From: an uncultured Planctomycetales bacterium
GTDB taxonomy: Bacteria; Omnitrophota; Gorgyraeia; Zapsychrales; CAYRXT01
Assembly: GCA_964428315.1 (NCBI GenBank)
Contig: CAYRXT010000010.1
Coordinates: forward strand, 3,523 to 67,522
Reading direction: 5' to 3'
Length of the DNA: 64,000 nucleotides
The position numbers and the translations under genes were made by a program. Below, in pieces: positions 38,538 to 48,952 of this stretch. Within the stretch, counting starts at the first letter, position 1. Each line of letters opens with the position of its first letter. The notes under the pieces were generated by a model. It had not been told where the DNA came from, searched no databases, and saw nothing but the letters and a program-made list of their open reading frames with translations.

Positions 38538-39383
38538 ATGGACAAAATCATCGCCCTCGCTTTAAGAGAAGATATCGGACAGGCGGATATCACGACCAAT
38601 CTCCTGGTCGGGAAGAAGGCCCGCTGCACGGCCCATATCCTCACGCGGGAACCGTGCGTCGTCGCCGGACTGGCGATCGCGCAGAAGGTCTTCAAAAAAC
38701 TGGACCGGCGGGTGGCATTCAAAATCTTCCACAAAGACGGAGAGAAGGTCGGGACCAATACCGCTCTTGTGAGCATCACCGGCAAGACACGGGCCATCCT
38801 TACGGGTGAACGGGTGGCCCTGAATTTCTTAAGCCGCCTCTCGGCCATTGCCACCAAAACGCACCATTTTGTCCAGAAGGTCAAACCTTACAAGGTTGAG
38901 ATTTACGACACCCGCAAGACGACTCCGACTCTGAGACTCATCGAGAAGATCGCCGTGCGCTGCGGGGGCGGGGTCAACCACCGTCTCAGCCTTCACGAAA
39001 TGGTCCTCATCAAGGATAACCATCACCTAGTCATCCGGGAAGGGGTTTCCATGAAAGACGTCATCCGTCGGATCCGCCGCAAGACACAGAAGCCCATCGC
39101 CGTCGAGGTCGATAACCTCAATGACTATAGAAAGGTGCTCGAAGGGTGGCCGGATTTTATCCTGCTCGACAACATGAGCATCCGCCAGATCAAAAAGGCC
39201 GTCGCCACCCTGAAAGCGGCCAGGCGCAAAAAAAAGCCCAAGCTCGAGGTCTCAGGACGGGTCAATCTGCGCAATGTGGCGACCATCGCCCGTCTGGGCG
39301 TCGACCGGATTTCCATCGGGGCCCTCACGCATTCGATCCGTTCCATCGACATGACACTGGAATTAAAGGGAGGGGAGGCATGA
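38538..39383 (+). CDS. nadC: Nicotinate-nucleotide pyrophosphorylase (carboxylating)
   Basis: ERVALNFL, DTRKTTP, NHR, LIKDNH, LLDNM, SIGALTHS. Confidence 0.96.
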   Translation: MDKIIALALREDIGQADITTNLLVGKKARCTAHILTREPCVVAGLAIAQKVFKKLDRRVAFKIFHKDGEKVGTNTALVSITGKTRAILTGERVALNFLSRLSAIATKTHHFVQKVKPYKVEIYDTRKTTPTLRLIEKIAVRCGGGVNHRLSLHEMVLIKDNHHLVIREGVSMKDVIRRIRRKTQKPIAVEVDNLNDYRKVLEGWPDFILLDNMSIRQIKKAVATLKAARRKKKPKLEVSGRVNLRNVATIARLGVDRISIGALTHSIRSIDMTLELKGGEA

Positions 39384-40045
39384 GAGCGGCGCGCTTGCTT
39401 TACTGTTGTTTTCTGGCCGGCGCGTTCCTGCACGGCGCAGTAACGGCCGCGGGACAAAGCGAGGACGCCATCTTCGACGACAAGATGCTCCTGGAGGGCT
39501 ATGCGGACAAATACCGAAGCGAACCCCGTGAGATCCTGCTCGCGATGATCAGAGACGAGACTCTCTCCCCGTACAAAATGGCGGCCGCCGTTCGCGTCTT
39601 TAAGGAAAACCACAGCCGCGAGATCTTCAATAAAGACAAGAGGGAGGCGGAACGCGTCCTCTGGCAGCGGCTCAACCGGACCGATTCGGTCTTTGTGGAA
39701 GTCGAAATTATGCACGCCCTGTGTGTCATGGACAGGTACAAATACTTCAAACACCTTGTCCCGGATCTGATCAACACCCTCGACCATTACAACCGCACTG
39801 TCAACGAGATGGCCTACGCGAGCATCCTGGAAATCATCGAAAGCGGCCACAACCGCCCGCGCGAAGCGCGCATCGTCTTCAACACGGTAAGGCGGATCCT
39901 GCTCCTTGAGCGCCGGGAACTCAAAGACATCAAAGAGGTTGACAAGAGACTTCAACAGAAACTGGACCTCATCCGCTGGTCCGTGAAGATCCTGGGAACC
40001 AGCGAATTAAAGCATCTGCCGTCAGAGGTCCTGAACCTCCTGTAA
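39380..40045 (+). CDS. Exported helical hypothetical protein
   Basis: GGAGG RBS, signal peptide-like N-terminus, overlaps the nadC stop. Confidence 0.7.
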   Translation: MRAARLLYCCFLAGAFLHGAVTAAGQSEDAIFDDKMLLEGYADKYRSEPREILLAMIRDETLSPYKMAAAVRVFKENHSREIFNKDKREAERVLWQRLNRTDSVFVEVEIMHALCVMDRYKYFKHLVPDLINTLDHYNRTVNEMAYASILEIIESGHNRPREARIVFNTVRRILLLERRELKDIKEVDKRLQQKLDLIRWSVKILGTSELKHLPSEVLNLL

Positions 40046-40073
40046 TCGTGAGCGGCGGCCCGACAAGCAATCC

Positions 40074-41915
40074 ATGAACATCCGATTGAAAACGTGGCTG
40101 GTTTTCCTCCTGGCTGCCATCCTCGGCGCCCTCACATGGGTCCATTTCAACCTTCCGCGGTTCTCCTTCGTGGACCTGTCCGTCAACCGGCAGGAGGCCC
40201 TGACTATAGCCAAGGACTTCCTGCGCGATTTCGCGGACGCGGACCCCGATGACTACCTTGAGGCCGTGGTGTTCGTCACCGAGGAGAACGCGGACAGGTA
40301 TCTCCAGATGACCCTGGGGATTCGCGAACAAATCCGGTTCCTCAAAGAACACGATTTTGACCTCTTTCTGTGGCTCGTGCGTTTTTACCGGCCCAACGAA
40401 AAAGAAGAATACCGGCTCACGGTCAGCGCTTCAAACGGCGAGATCACCTCTTACCATCACATCATCCCCCAATCGGCCTCCCGTCCGGTCACCGAGCGCA
40501 GCGAGGCCCAGAAAAAGATCGCCGGCTATCTCGCCGAACGTTTCGGCATCCCTTTCGAGAAATACTTCCTTAAATCCGAATTTTCCACCATCTACGACAA
40601 CCGGACGGACCATTCCTTCAGCTGGCAGAGAAAGGACGTCAACATCCCCTGGAGCGGGGAGCCCGACGCGGGGACAGCCAAACTCATCACGGGCGGCAAA
40701 ATCGCCGGCGGGGAAATCCTGGCGTTCGCCGAAAACAATCTCGAGATCCCGGAAAAGTTCAACCGGTCCCTCGACAGAGACAAGCAGATCGGCCGCGTCC
40801 TCTCGAGCGTCTTCCGGATTTTCTCGCTTCTCCTTCTGGTCGGGGCCGTCTTTATCGTTGTCTCCCGGCGGCACCACGTGGCCATGCATCTGGTCAAACG
40901 TTTCGTCATTACCCTGGCGGCCATTCTTTTTTTCCTGAATATCGCGGACTCCCTCAACATGTTTGAATCGGTAAAATTCGGATTTAGAACGACCACATCC
41001 ATCCGGTCCCAGCTTTTTCAGTATGCCGTCAATCTGCTGATCGAGTCCTTCTATCTGTCCGTCGCCGTTCTCCTGCCGGGACTCGCGGGAGAGGCCCTGC
41101 ACTTTGAACAATTTCCCCGCAAAAAGAGGGGGGCGTTCCTCCACCATATCCTTTCCACGTTCACCAGCCGGGATATGGGCCTGCGCATCGGCGTCGGCTA
41201 CCTGGCAGCGGTCATCATGCTTGGCGTGCAATCGGCCATTTTCGCATTCGGACAAAGGTATCTCGGCGTATGGACGGATTACACTTGGGTCACCCGTCTC
41301 TCGACCAGCTACTTTCCTTTTCTGGCGGCGTTCATCCTCGCCTTTGAAGCGAGTATTCTTGAAGAGATGACATACCGCCTCTTCGGCATTAGCTTGGGCA
41401 AACTGCTCTTCCGAAGGACCTTCATCGCGGTCGCGGCCGCCGCGGCGATCTGGGGATTCGGTCACACCAACTATCTGATCTTTCCCATGTGGTTCCGCGG
41501 GGTTGAGGTGACCTTAATGGGATTTTTCATCGCCTGGCTCTATCTGCGCTTCGGCCTTATCACGGTCTTGTGCACGCACTTCCTTTTCGACGCCTTTTGG
41601 ATGACGATCGGACTCTTCCTGGGGGATGCCCCGCCGTTTCATATGTATTCCTGCCTTTTCGTCCTGCTGCTGCCTTTGATCATCGCCGTTCTGGCCTGGT
41701 TCAGAAATTGTCCCGAAAAGGAAAAACCGATGCGCTGGCACCTGAATCCCCACCAGATTTTCAATCTCGGCATCCTGAAGCACTATCTAAAAACCAAGCG
41801 GGATCCGGATGGCGTCGCGGAAGAGGCCCTGCGGCAAGAACTCCAAAGCCATTACTGGGACAGGGCCGTCATTGATGAGGCCTTCAAACAGCTTGAAGCC
41901 GAAAAAGAAAACTAG
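40074..41915 (+). CDS. CPBP (Abi/CAAX) family intramembrane metalloprotease with a large extracytoplasmic domain
   Basis: EEMTYR, WGFGH, THFLFD motifs in the C-terminal TM bundle. Confidence 0.8.
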   Translation: MNIRLKTWLVFLLAAILGALTWVHFNLPRFSFVDLSVNRQEALTIAKDFLRDFADADPDDYLEAVVFVTEENADRYLQMTLGIREQIRFLKEHDFDLFLWLVRFYRPNEKEEYRLTVSASNGEITSYHHIIPQSASRPVTERSEAQKKIAGYLAERFGIPFEKYFLKSEFSTIYDNRTDHSFSWQRKDVNIPWSGEPDAGTAKLITGGKIAGGEILAFAENNLEIPEKFNRSLDRDKQIGRVLSSVFRIFSLLLLVGAVFIVVSRRHHVAMHLVKRFVITLAAILFFLNIADSLNMFESVKFGFRTTTSIRSQLFQYAVNLLIESFYLSVAVLLPGLAGEALHFEQFPRKKRGAFLHHILSTFTSRDMGLRIGVGYLAAVIMLGVQSAIFAFGQRYLGVWTDYTWVTRLSTSYFPFLAAFILAFEASILEEMTYRLFGISLGKLLFRRTFIAVAAAAAIWGFGHTNYLIFPMWFRGVEVTLMGFFIAWLYLRFGLITVLCTHFLFDAFWMTIGLFLGDAPPFHMYSCLFVLLLPLIIAVLAWFRNCPEKEKPMRWHLNPHQIFNLGILKHYLKTKRDPDGVAEEALRQELQSHYWDRAVIDEAFKQLEAEKEN

Positions 41916-41957
41916 ACAATTCTGTTTAAACTAGTTAAATTTTACTATATTTCATAC

Positions 41958-41985
41958 TTGCATAATATGCCTGCTTTGTTATAAT
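41958..41985 (+). promoter_or_regulatory. sigma70-like promoter of the molybdoenzyme operon
   Basis: TTGCAT-16 bp-TATAAT with extended TG. Confidence 0.6.
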
Positions 41986-42025
41986 AAACTTCACTAAATA
42001 ATTACTATTTTAACTTATTTTAACC

Positions 42026-42883
42026 ATGCTTTTAAACCCTCTCACCTATCACTCTCCCGCAACCCCGCTGGAAGCGGTTCGACTCGTTGCCGGTTTGGAA
42101 AACGTCCGCATCCTGGCAGGGGGGACGTTTCTGCTGAACAACCTGAAGATGCTGAAGAAAAGGGGGCTCAAAAGCCCGCAGAATGTTGTAAGCCTGCGCA
42201 AGATACCGGCGTTGAAGGAGATCTCGCTGGATGGGGATAGCCTGAACATCGGTTCCATGGCAACCATCAATGACCTCCTGCATTATACCGAACTACCGGA
42301 ACATCTGGGGATCCTCCGAAAGGTATGCAAAAATATATCGACCAATCCGATCCGGAACATGGCCACTGTCGGAGGCAACCTTTCCAGCCGTTACACATGG
42401 ACTGAACTGGGCGCCGTCTTCATTGCGCTCGAGGCGAAGCTGCATTTTCTCGGACCGGACGGCCGGATAGAGACCCGAAGCGTGGAGGAGTTCTTCGCCG
42501 GCGGCGCCAAGACCGGCAAACTTCTCGTTCAGGTGTCTGTCAAGCCGGACAGAGAGTGGCGGTTCGCCTATGAGCGGGTGAAAAAATTGTCGAGCGTCGA
42601 TGTCCCGATGCTGGCGCTGTGTCTGCGCGCGAAATGCGAAAATGATGCCATCCAAGATGCCCGGGTCGTCGTTAACAATGCCACCCATTTCGCGCAACGC
42701 GATACCGTTCTGGAAGACTATCTGAACGGCCGGAAGACCAGCGCATCGTTACCCGACGACGCCCTTGGACACCTGGACACGGCCATCTATGACTCGCGGA
42801 GCAGTGAATATAAACGGCATATGTTCAGGGTCTCTCTCAAGAAGGCCCTGAAGGAACTGATCAGCAGGGGAGAGGCGAAATGA
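42026..42883 (+). CDS. Xanthine dehydrogenase family FAD-binding subunit
   Basis: LAGGT, IRNMATVGGNL. Confidence 0.9.
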   Translation: MLLNPLTYHSPATPLEAVRLVAGLENVRILAGGTFLLNNLKMLKKRGLKSPQNVVSLRKIPALKEISLDGDSLNIGSMATINDLLHYTELPEHLGILRKVCKNISTNPIRNMATVGGNLSSRYTWTELGAVFIALEAKLHFLGPDGRIETRSVEEFFAGGAKTGKLLVQVSVKPDREWRFAYERVKKLSSVDVPMLALCLRAKCENDAIQDARVVVNNATHFAQRDTVLEDYLNGRKTSASLPDDALGHLDTAIYDSRSSEYKRHMFRVSLKKALKELISRGEAK

Positions 42884-43407
42884 CCACGTTGATTATAAAT
42901 AAAAAGAAATACGAGGTTGACCTTAAAGGGCATGAGACATTACTGGAAACACTGCGGGATATCCTGGGGCTGACCGGGACCAAGACCAGCTGTCAGGAAT
43001 CGGAATGCGGCGCCTGCACGGTCAACATCGGCAACAAGGCGGTCCTCTCGTGCATCACCCTTGCAAAGGACGTGGAGGGAGAGCCCATCACGACGATCGA
43101 GGGACTGGCGCAGGGAGAAGAGCTTCATCCCATCCAAAAGGCCTTTTTGGAATACCACGCTTCCCAGTGCGGTTTCTGTACGCCGGGCATGATCATGTCG
43201 ATCAAGGCCCTTCTGGACAATACCCCCAGACCATCGCAGGAGGACATCGAGTACGCCCTGGACGGAAACATCTGCAGGTGCACGGGTTACACAAAGATAT
43301 TCGACGCTGTCCGTTGCGCCGCGGAGGAAATGCGCCCGAATGAGACCGGCTCCGACGGCGCCCCGGCACAGGAACAGGAGAAAACGGCTTTGAGCCAAAG
43401 CAAATGA
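42880..43407 (+). CDS. Xanthine dehydrogenase family [2Fe-2S] subunit
   Basis: CQESECGACT...SC, QCGFCTPG, NICRCTGY. Confidence 0.95.
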   Translation: MTTLIINKKKYEVDLKGHETLLETLRDILGLTGTKTSCQESECGACTVNIGNKAVLSCITLAKDVEGEPITTIEGLAQGEELHPIQKAFLEYHASQCGFCTPGMIMSIKALLDNTPRPSQEDIEYALDGNICRCTGYTKIFDAVRCAAEEMRPNETGSDGAPAQEQEKTALSQSK

Positions 43408-43448
43408 CCGTGGCCTGAGATCCCGATCAACACCAGAGGAACATCTTC

Positions 43449-45791
43449 ATGATCGAAAAATCCGATAATCTTCATATCGATCCCGTCGGCAAAAGCGTCC
43501 CCAAAATCGACGGGAAGGGGCTGGTCACCGGCCAGACCAAATACGTCTTCGATGTCAGTTTGCCCAATATGCTGGTCGGCAAGATGCTGAGGTCGCCGCA
43601 CGCCCACGCGAAGATACTGAACATCGATACCTCCCGGGCCAGGGCCCTGCCGGGGGTCAAGGCCGTTGTCACCGCGCGGGACACCTACGGCATCAAATTC
43701 GGCTCCAACGAATATTTCTTTCCGCACACCGTCGACCAGGAAGCCCTGGAGACCGAAAAGGTCCGTTACATCGGAGACGAGATCGCGGCCGTCGCGGCGG
43801 TGGACGAGGAAACCGCGGATAAAGCCCTGAGACTCATCCAAGTCGAATATGAGGTTCTGCCCGCGGTCTTCGATATGGAAGAGGCCATGAAACCCGGCGC
43901 GCCGCAGATCCACAACGTGATGAACAATATCGCGGTCATCCTGCCGGTCAATTTCGGCAATCCCGACAGGAAGATGAAAGAGGCCGACTACGTGCGGGAG
44001 GACGTCTTCCATACCCAGTCGGCCGCGCACTGCTCCATGGAACCTCACGTCTGTGTCGGACAGTACGAAACCTTTTCGGACAAGATCACCCTGTGGTCTT
44101 CCTCCCAGGCGCCTTTCAAATGCCGGGAGGCCCTCGCCAAGTGTCTGAAGATGGATCTCAACGACGTGCGGGTGATCAAACTGGCCGTCGGCGGAGGTTT
44201 CGGCGGAAAGCTGGAAATGCTGCCGATGGATTTCGCCTCCGTGCTTCTCTCGCGGAAGGCCGGCGGACTGCCGGTCAAGATCACCTACAGCCGGGAAGAA
44301 GAATTTTCTTTTTCCCGACGGAAGCACGGGATGAAATACAAGATCAAGACCGGCGTCAAAAAAGACGGCACTATCGTGGCCATGAAAGGGGAGGTCATAG
44401 CCGACGGCGGGGCCTACTGCAGCTACGGACCCACGGTCATCGCCGCCGCGATCCTGAGGATCTTCATGGTTTACAGACTCCAGCATTTCCGCGTCACCGG
44501 CTACCGGGTATACACCAATAACCCCATCAGCGGCGCGATCCGCGGTTTCGGGGGCGTCCAGTCCGGATTCTCGATCGAATCGCACATGGATCTCGTGGCC
44601 CAGGGCATCGGCATGGATCCCGTCGAATTCCGGCTGAAAAACATCACCGGCCCGAACATGGTGACGGTCAACAAGATGATCCTGACAAGCAACGGCCTTA
44701 AGGAGTGCATCGACCGGGCCGTTCAGGCCAGCGGCTGGAAACAAAAACGGGGCAAGATGCGGCACCTGAGCCGGGGCATCGGCATCGGCATCGCCGCCGA
44801 CGTCATGGGTTCAAAGATGTACAAATCACACGAATCGGCCGGTTCGATCATCAAGGTGGAGGAGGACGGCTCGGTCTATTTCTTCACCGGCGCGGCCGAC
44901 ACGGGACAGGGTTCCAACACGGCGCTCTCGCAGATCGCCGCCCACGAACTCGGGGTCAGTTACAGCCGGATCCGCTGCAAATCGGGTGACACCGAGATCA
45001 CGCCTTTCGACACAGGCAGTTTCGCCAGCCGGGTCACCTTCATTTCGGGCAATGCAACCAAACGTGCGGCGGCAGACGCCAAAAAACAGATCCTTGAGGT
45101 CGTCGCCAAGGAAAACCGTCTGCCGCTCGAGGACCTCGACATCAAGGCCGAACAAGTCATTAACAAAAAAAGAAATTCTGTTATAATGAGTTTCGATAAG
45201 GCGCTGGAACTGTGCTTTTCTTTTAATTACGGACAGCAGATCATCGGCCGGGGAAGTTATAACCCCAAGACTACGCCGGTCGACTTCCGGAAGGGCGAAG
45301 GCAACGTTTCAGGCAGCTACGGTTTTGAGGCCCAGATCGCCGAGGTCGAGGTCGACAAGGAGACGGGAGAGGTCAGGGTCCTGAAGATGTGGGACGCCCA
45401 TGATATCGGCAAGGCGATCAACCCCCGCGGCGTGGAAGGCCAGATCGAAGGATCGATCGCCATGGGGATCGGTTACACGCTCTACGAAGACCTCCGGTTT
45501 CATAACGGCAAGGTCGTCAATCCGAATTTCGCGAACTACCGGGTGCCGCGTTCCCTCGGGACGTGCCCCGTGGAGACGATCCTGGTCGAGACCGACGAGC
45601 AGGAAGGCCCCTTCGGGGCCAAGGGCATGGGGGAGGCCTCGCTGCTGCCGACCTCGGCGGCCATCGCCAATGCCGTCGAAGACGCCGTCGGCTTGAGGAT
45701 CAGGGAACTTCCGATCACGCCGGACAAGATCATCCGCGCCCTCAAGGATAAAGACAAGCAGGACCTACCAAAAGGAGTGGAAGCACAATGA
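43449..45791 (+). CDS. Xanthine dehydrogenase family molybdopterin-binding subunit
   Basis: RSPHAHA, GGGFGGK, AIRGFG, GQG, ASR, GAKGMGE. Confidence 0.95.
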   Translation: MIEKSDNLHIDPVGKSVPKIDGKGLVTGQTKYVFDVSLPNMLVGKMLRSPHAHAKILNIDTSRARALPGVKAVVTARDTYGIKFGSNEYFFPHTVDQEALETEKVRYIGDEIAAVAAVDEETADKALRLIQVEYEVLPAVFDMEEAMKPGAPQIHNVMNNIAVILPVNFGNPDRKMKEADYVREDVFHTQSAAHCSMEPHVCVGQYETFSDKITLWSSSQAPFKCREALAKCLKMDLNDVRVIKLAVGGGFGGKLEMLPMDFASVLLSRKAGGLPVKITYSREEEFSFSRRKHGMKYKIKTGVKKDGTIVAMKGEVIADGGAYCSYGPTVIAAAILRIFMVYRLQHFRVTGYRVYTNNPISGAIRGFGGVQSGFSIESHMDLVAQGIGMDPVEFRLKNITGPNMVTVNKMILTSNGLKECIDRAVQASGWKQKRGKMRHLSRGIGIGIAADVMGSKMYKSHESAGSIIKVEEDGSVYFFTGAADTGQGSNTALSQIAAHELGVSYSRIRCKSGDTEITPFDTGSFASRVTFISGNATKRAAADAKKQILEVVAKENRLPLEDLDIKAEQVINKKRNSVIMSFDKALELCFSFNYGQQIIGRGSYNPKTTPVDFRKGEGNVSGSYGFEAQIAEVEVDKETGEVRVLKMWDAHDIGKAINPRGVEGQIEGSIAMGIGYTLYEDLRFHNGKVVNPNFANYRVPRSLGTCPVETILVETDEQEGPFGAKGMGEASLLPTSAAIANAVEDAVGLRIRELPITPDKIIRALKDKDKQDLPKGVEAQ

Positions 45792-46159
45792 CGAAAATCA
45801 TCTCTTTACTGATGCTGGTTGTTTTCACTTCAGCTTGCAGCCTCTATCGCGTCAATTCCGAAGACACCACCCTCGAATTTTACCCGCCCAAGGCCTCTGC
45901 CGACGAGGTGTCTTACGCGGAGAACATCAGCCGGTCATATAAGGTTATAGGCCGCGTCACGGTCAACACCGAGCGCGTCCAGGGCCGGGAAGACGTCCTC
46001 CACAAGCTGAAAAGGGAAGCGGCGATTCTCGGCGGGGATGCCATCACCAACATCTCCACCAATGCCGGCACCGGCCGATGGGTTGAGATCAAGCCAAAAT
46101 TCATGAAAAACTCCCACATCCGCCAGAATTACGTCGCCGATGTGATCGTCTATCAGTGA
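45788..46159 (+). CDS. Small lipoprotein
   Basis: Lipobox-like TSAC; REAAILGGDAI. Confidence 0.7.
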   Translation: MTKIISLLMLVVFTSACSLYRVNSEDTTLEFYPPKASADEVSYAENISRSYKVIGRVTVNTERVQGREDVLHKLKREAAILGGDAITNISTNAGTGRWVEIKPKFMKNSHIRQNYVADVIVYQ

Positions 46160-46746
46160 TCCGTCCGGCGCCTGATGGCGTCCAGTTCCGCGGGCGTGTT
46201 GAATGTGGCGAGAAAATCCGGATTATCGACGGGAAAAATTGCTATCCGGTCGGCATGACGGTGTTCGAACACATTCAGCCCCACATCATGCGACAGGGCA
46301 AGGATTTCGTCTTTGGCCGAATGATGGAAAACCGGCGGATGTCCTTTTTTCCCGCCGCAGGCCGGGATCAGGATATAAGGTGACTCCTCCTCGAAATGTG
46401 TCAGCAGGGCGTTAATCAAAGGCGCTTCCACGCAGGGGCAATCGACGGGCATGAGCATGAACCCCCGCGCATCCGGGGAAACCACCCTCAATCCGCACTG
46501 AAAGGAGGATGTTTGACCAAGTTTATAATCTTTATTATAGACAAGATGAACCTTTTTGTGCTTTAATATATAAGATTTGACCTTTTCGTGTGAATGCCCT
46601 AGAACTACAATAATTTCACCAACTTGTGATTCAACCAGCTCTTTCTGGATATGTTCGATCACGGGGAGTTCTCCGAGCCGCGCCAGGGCCTTCGGTGAAC
46701 CAAACCGTTCGCTCATACCCGCTGCCAGAAGGACACATGAAATCAT
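46153..46746 (-). CDS. Molybdenum cofactor cytidylyltransferase (MocA-like)
   Basis: LLAAGMSERFGSPK, VVLG, N.DY.LGQTSS, GHPP; start set at MISCVLL. Confidence 0.85.
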   Translation of the reverse strand: MISCVLLAAGMSERFGSPKALARLGELPVIEHIQKELVESQVGEIIVVLGHSHEKVKSYILKHKKVHLVYNKDYKLGQTSSFQCGLRVVSPDARGFMLMPVDCPCVEAPLINALLTHFEEESPYILIPACGGKKGHPPVFHHSAKDEILALSHDVGLNVFEHRHADRIAIFPVDNPDFLATFNTPAELDAIRRRTDH

Positions 46747-46809
46747 AAGGCTTATTATAAATGGCCGCTCAAAAATGTCAAAAGAATAACGGACAATAAG
46801 GAGGTCGGA

Positions 46810-48297
46810 TTGGAAATCTATATCGGTGTTGTGGCCTTGGGGGCCGTTATCGCGCTGGTTCTCTTTATCAAGGAACTGTTCAAAAAACCCTCCGATCAGC
46901 CTGAAGAGGCCGAGCAGATCAAGGGCGAAGAGATCTGGAAAATGACAGAAAGACTTGAAAACAGAGAGGGCCCCAGCATACTCAACAAGCTGATGGCCGA
47001 CCAAAAAACCAGGCAGGCCCAGGAATCCGAAGAAAATACCGAAGAAACGCTTGCCCCAAAACCCGAAGAACCAGCTCCTGTCGTTGAACCCAAACCGGCA
47101 AAAAAGGAAGAACCCGGCGATGTCGAAGAGCTCGCCTCCGCTCAGTTGAAAGAGGCCGAATGGCAGGCCAAAGTGGAAGAACTCGAGGCACAGCTTAAAG
47201 AAAAAGACGATATCATCAGCAGACAGAAAAACGAGTTGAAGACCCGGGAGAAAGAGCTCGAAGAGAACGTCAAAAAGCGCAAGGATGTCAATAAAGGGAT
47301 CGACGCCCTCGAAAAGGAGATCAAGGATCTTAAAGACGCCGGCCACAAAAAAGATCTTGATTTATCCTCTGCGAAGTCTGAAACCGACAATGCCCGTAAG
47401 CGCGTGAGCCAGCTTGAAGAGAAAATCAAAAGCAACGAAAAAGACATTCGGGACAAGGAAAAGGAAATCGAGGAACTGGTCAAAAAGATGAAGGCCTTTG
47501 CCAAACCATCCCCTGAAAAGGCCTCGGCTCCGTCGTCCGAAAAAGAAATCCCCGAACCTTCTGAAGAGGCCAGCCCCGAAGAAAAGCCTCAAGAAAAACA
47601 GGAAGAGCCGCCGCAGGGAGACAAGCACACCGCCGAAGATAAACCCGTTGAAGAAAAACCGCCGGCCCAAAAGCCGGAAGCCCAAAAACCTGAGGATACG
47701 GCCGACCGGGAAGAACAAGCCGAAAAACCGCAGACCGATCAAAAACCGCCGGCCGATGAGGTCCAAAACTTGCCGCCGGATATTGAAGCTGTCCCCCAAA
47801 TAGATCTTTCCAAGCCGTCCCAGGAGAAATCTGAAGAGAAAAAAGATCAAGCGGACAGCGAAAAAACAAAAAATCAACAAGCGGACAGCGGGCAAGCGGA
47901 CACCCGGCAAGCGGACAGCGAAAAAGCGGATACCCATCAGGCGGACACCCGGCAAGCGGACAGCGAAAAAGCGGATACTCAACAAGAAGAAAAGGGAGAC
48001 ATGACACGGGAAGGCAAATCTGCGGAAGACAAATCCGGAGAACAGCCTCCGGAATCGGAACAGCTTCCGCAACAGGACCAGCCCCAAGAAAGGGAGAAAC
48101 CAGATAGCGCACTTTCCGACATCCAAAAATCACCCAGCGACAAAGAGCTGTCCTCCCAGAAAGACCTTTTGAAACGTCTCGATTCCGAAATCTCCCAGAA
48201 AGACAAAATACAGGAAGTCCCAAAAGACAAGGATGAAGGAAAAGAGGAAGAGGCAAACGGCAAAGAGGACGTTTCTGATAAAAAAAAGCAAGAATAA
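46810..48297 (+). CDS. Membrane-anchored coiled-coil / low-complexity E-K-P-Q-rich protein
   Basis: AAGGAGGT RBS + TTG, N-terminal TM, long coiled coil, disordered tail. Confidence 0.8.
   Translation: MEIYIGVVALGAVIALVLFIKELFKKPSDQPEEAEQIKGEEIWKMTERLENREGPSILNKLMADQKTRQAQESEENTEETLAPKPEEPAPVVEPKPAKKEEPGDVEELASAQLKEAEWQAKVEELEAQLKEKDDIISRQKNELKTREKELEENVKKRKDVNKGIDALEKEIKDLKDAGHKKDLDLSSAKSETDNARKRVSQLEEKIKSNEKDIRDKEKEIEELVKKMKAFAKPSPEKASAPSSEKEIPEPSEEASPEEKPQEKQEEPPQGDKHTAEDKPVEEKPPAQKPEAQKPEDTADREEQAEKPQTDQKPPADEVQNLPPDIEAVPQIDLSKPSQEKSEEKKDQADSEKTKNQQADSGQADTRQADSEKADTHQADTRQADSEKADTQQEEKGDMTREGKSAEDKSGEQPPESEQLPQQDQPQEREKPDSALSDIQKSPSDKELSSQKDLLKRLDSEISQKDKIQEVPKDKDEGKEEEANGKEDVSDKKKQE
47848..47982 (+). 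repeat. 15-bp in-frame tandem repeat, about 9 units (Q/K-A-D-S/T-x)
   Basis: (C/A)AAGCGGA(C/T)A.. units with a 45-bp higher-order duplication. Confidence 0.85.
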
Positions 48298-48312
48298 AGG
48301 ACTCGACAAACC

Positions 48313-48882
48313 ATGAAACGACTGCTTTTTTTCTTGATATTCGCATCAACTCTTTCCATTCTTAGCCTGACAGCCAGCGCACAGAGCAGGGAAAACAGAC
48401 TGGATAATCCCGTGGTAGTCCTTGAAACAAGCCAGGGGGACATCCAGATCGAGCTTTTCCCCAATGCCGCTCCCAAGGCGGTTGAAAACATGGTAGGGCT
48501 GGTGGAGAAAGGCTATTATGACGGCGTCATTTTTCACCGGGTGATCAAAGGCTTTATGATCCAAACCGGCGACCCCACAGGGACCGGCAGGGGCGGTCAA
48601 AGCCTCTGGGGCGGCACTTTCGAAGACGAATTCACCGAAGAAAACACGTTTGATGAGCCCGGCCTGGTGGCCATGGCGAACCGAGGCCCAAATACCAACA
48701 GCAGTCAATTTTTCATTACGACGGCCCCGGCACCCTGGCTGAACCAGAAACATACAATATTCGGCAAGGTCCTCAACGGATATGATGTGGTGGAAGCAAT
48801 CGAGAACATGCCGGTCGGACCTGGAGACAGGCCCTTGGAGGAACAAAAAATCATTCGGGCCTATGTCCTGGATTTGTTCTGA
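48313..48882 (+). CDS. Exported cyclophilin-type peptidyl-prolyl isomerase
   Basis: FHRVIKGFMIQTGDPTGTG, AMANRGPNTNSSQFFIT; signal peptide. Confidence 0.95.
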   Translation: MKRLLFFLIFASTLSILSLTASAQSRENRLDNPVVVLETSQGDIQIELFPNAAPKAVENMVGLVEKGYYDGVIFHRVIKGFMIQTGDPTGTGRGGQSLWGGTFEDEFTEENTFDEPGLVAMANRGPNTNSSQFFITTAPAPWLNQKHTIFGKVLNGYDVVEAIENMPVGPGDRPLEEQKIIRAYVLDLF

Positions 48883-48952
48883 TTAAACCTTATTTCTGTG
48901 CCCCAAAGGGGTCTGCGACAGCCTGTTTGGTCAAATTCGACCTCCCTTTCCC

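Noticed and set aside
43449-45791. Aerobic CO dehydrogenase CoxL (AYCSYG looks similar to the signature)
   Set aside because: The active-site position reads AIRGFG; AYCSYG aligns to a different conserved segment
46747-47346. N-terminal extension of the MocA ORF (397 aa in the track)
   Set aside because: Antisense to the coiled-coil gene; MocA homology starts at MISCVLL (46746)
47848-47982. CRISPR array
   Set aside because: In-frame 15-bp coding repeats with no spacers and no cas genes; no CRISPR array seen anywhere in the window
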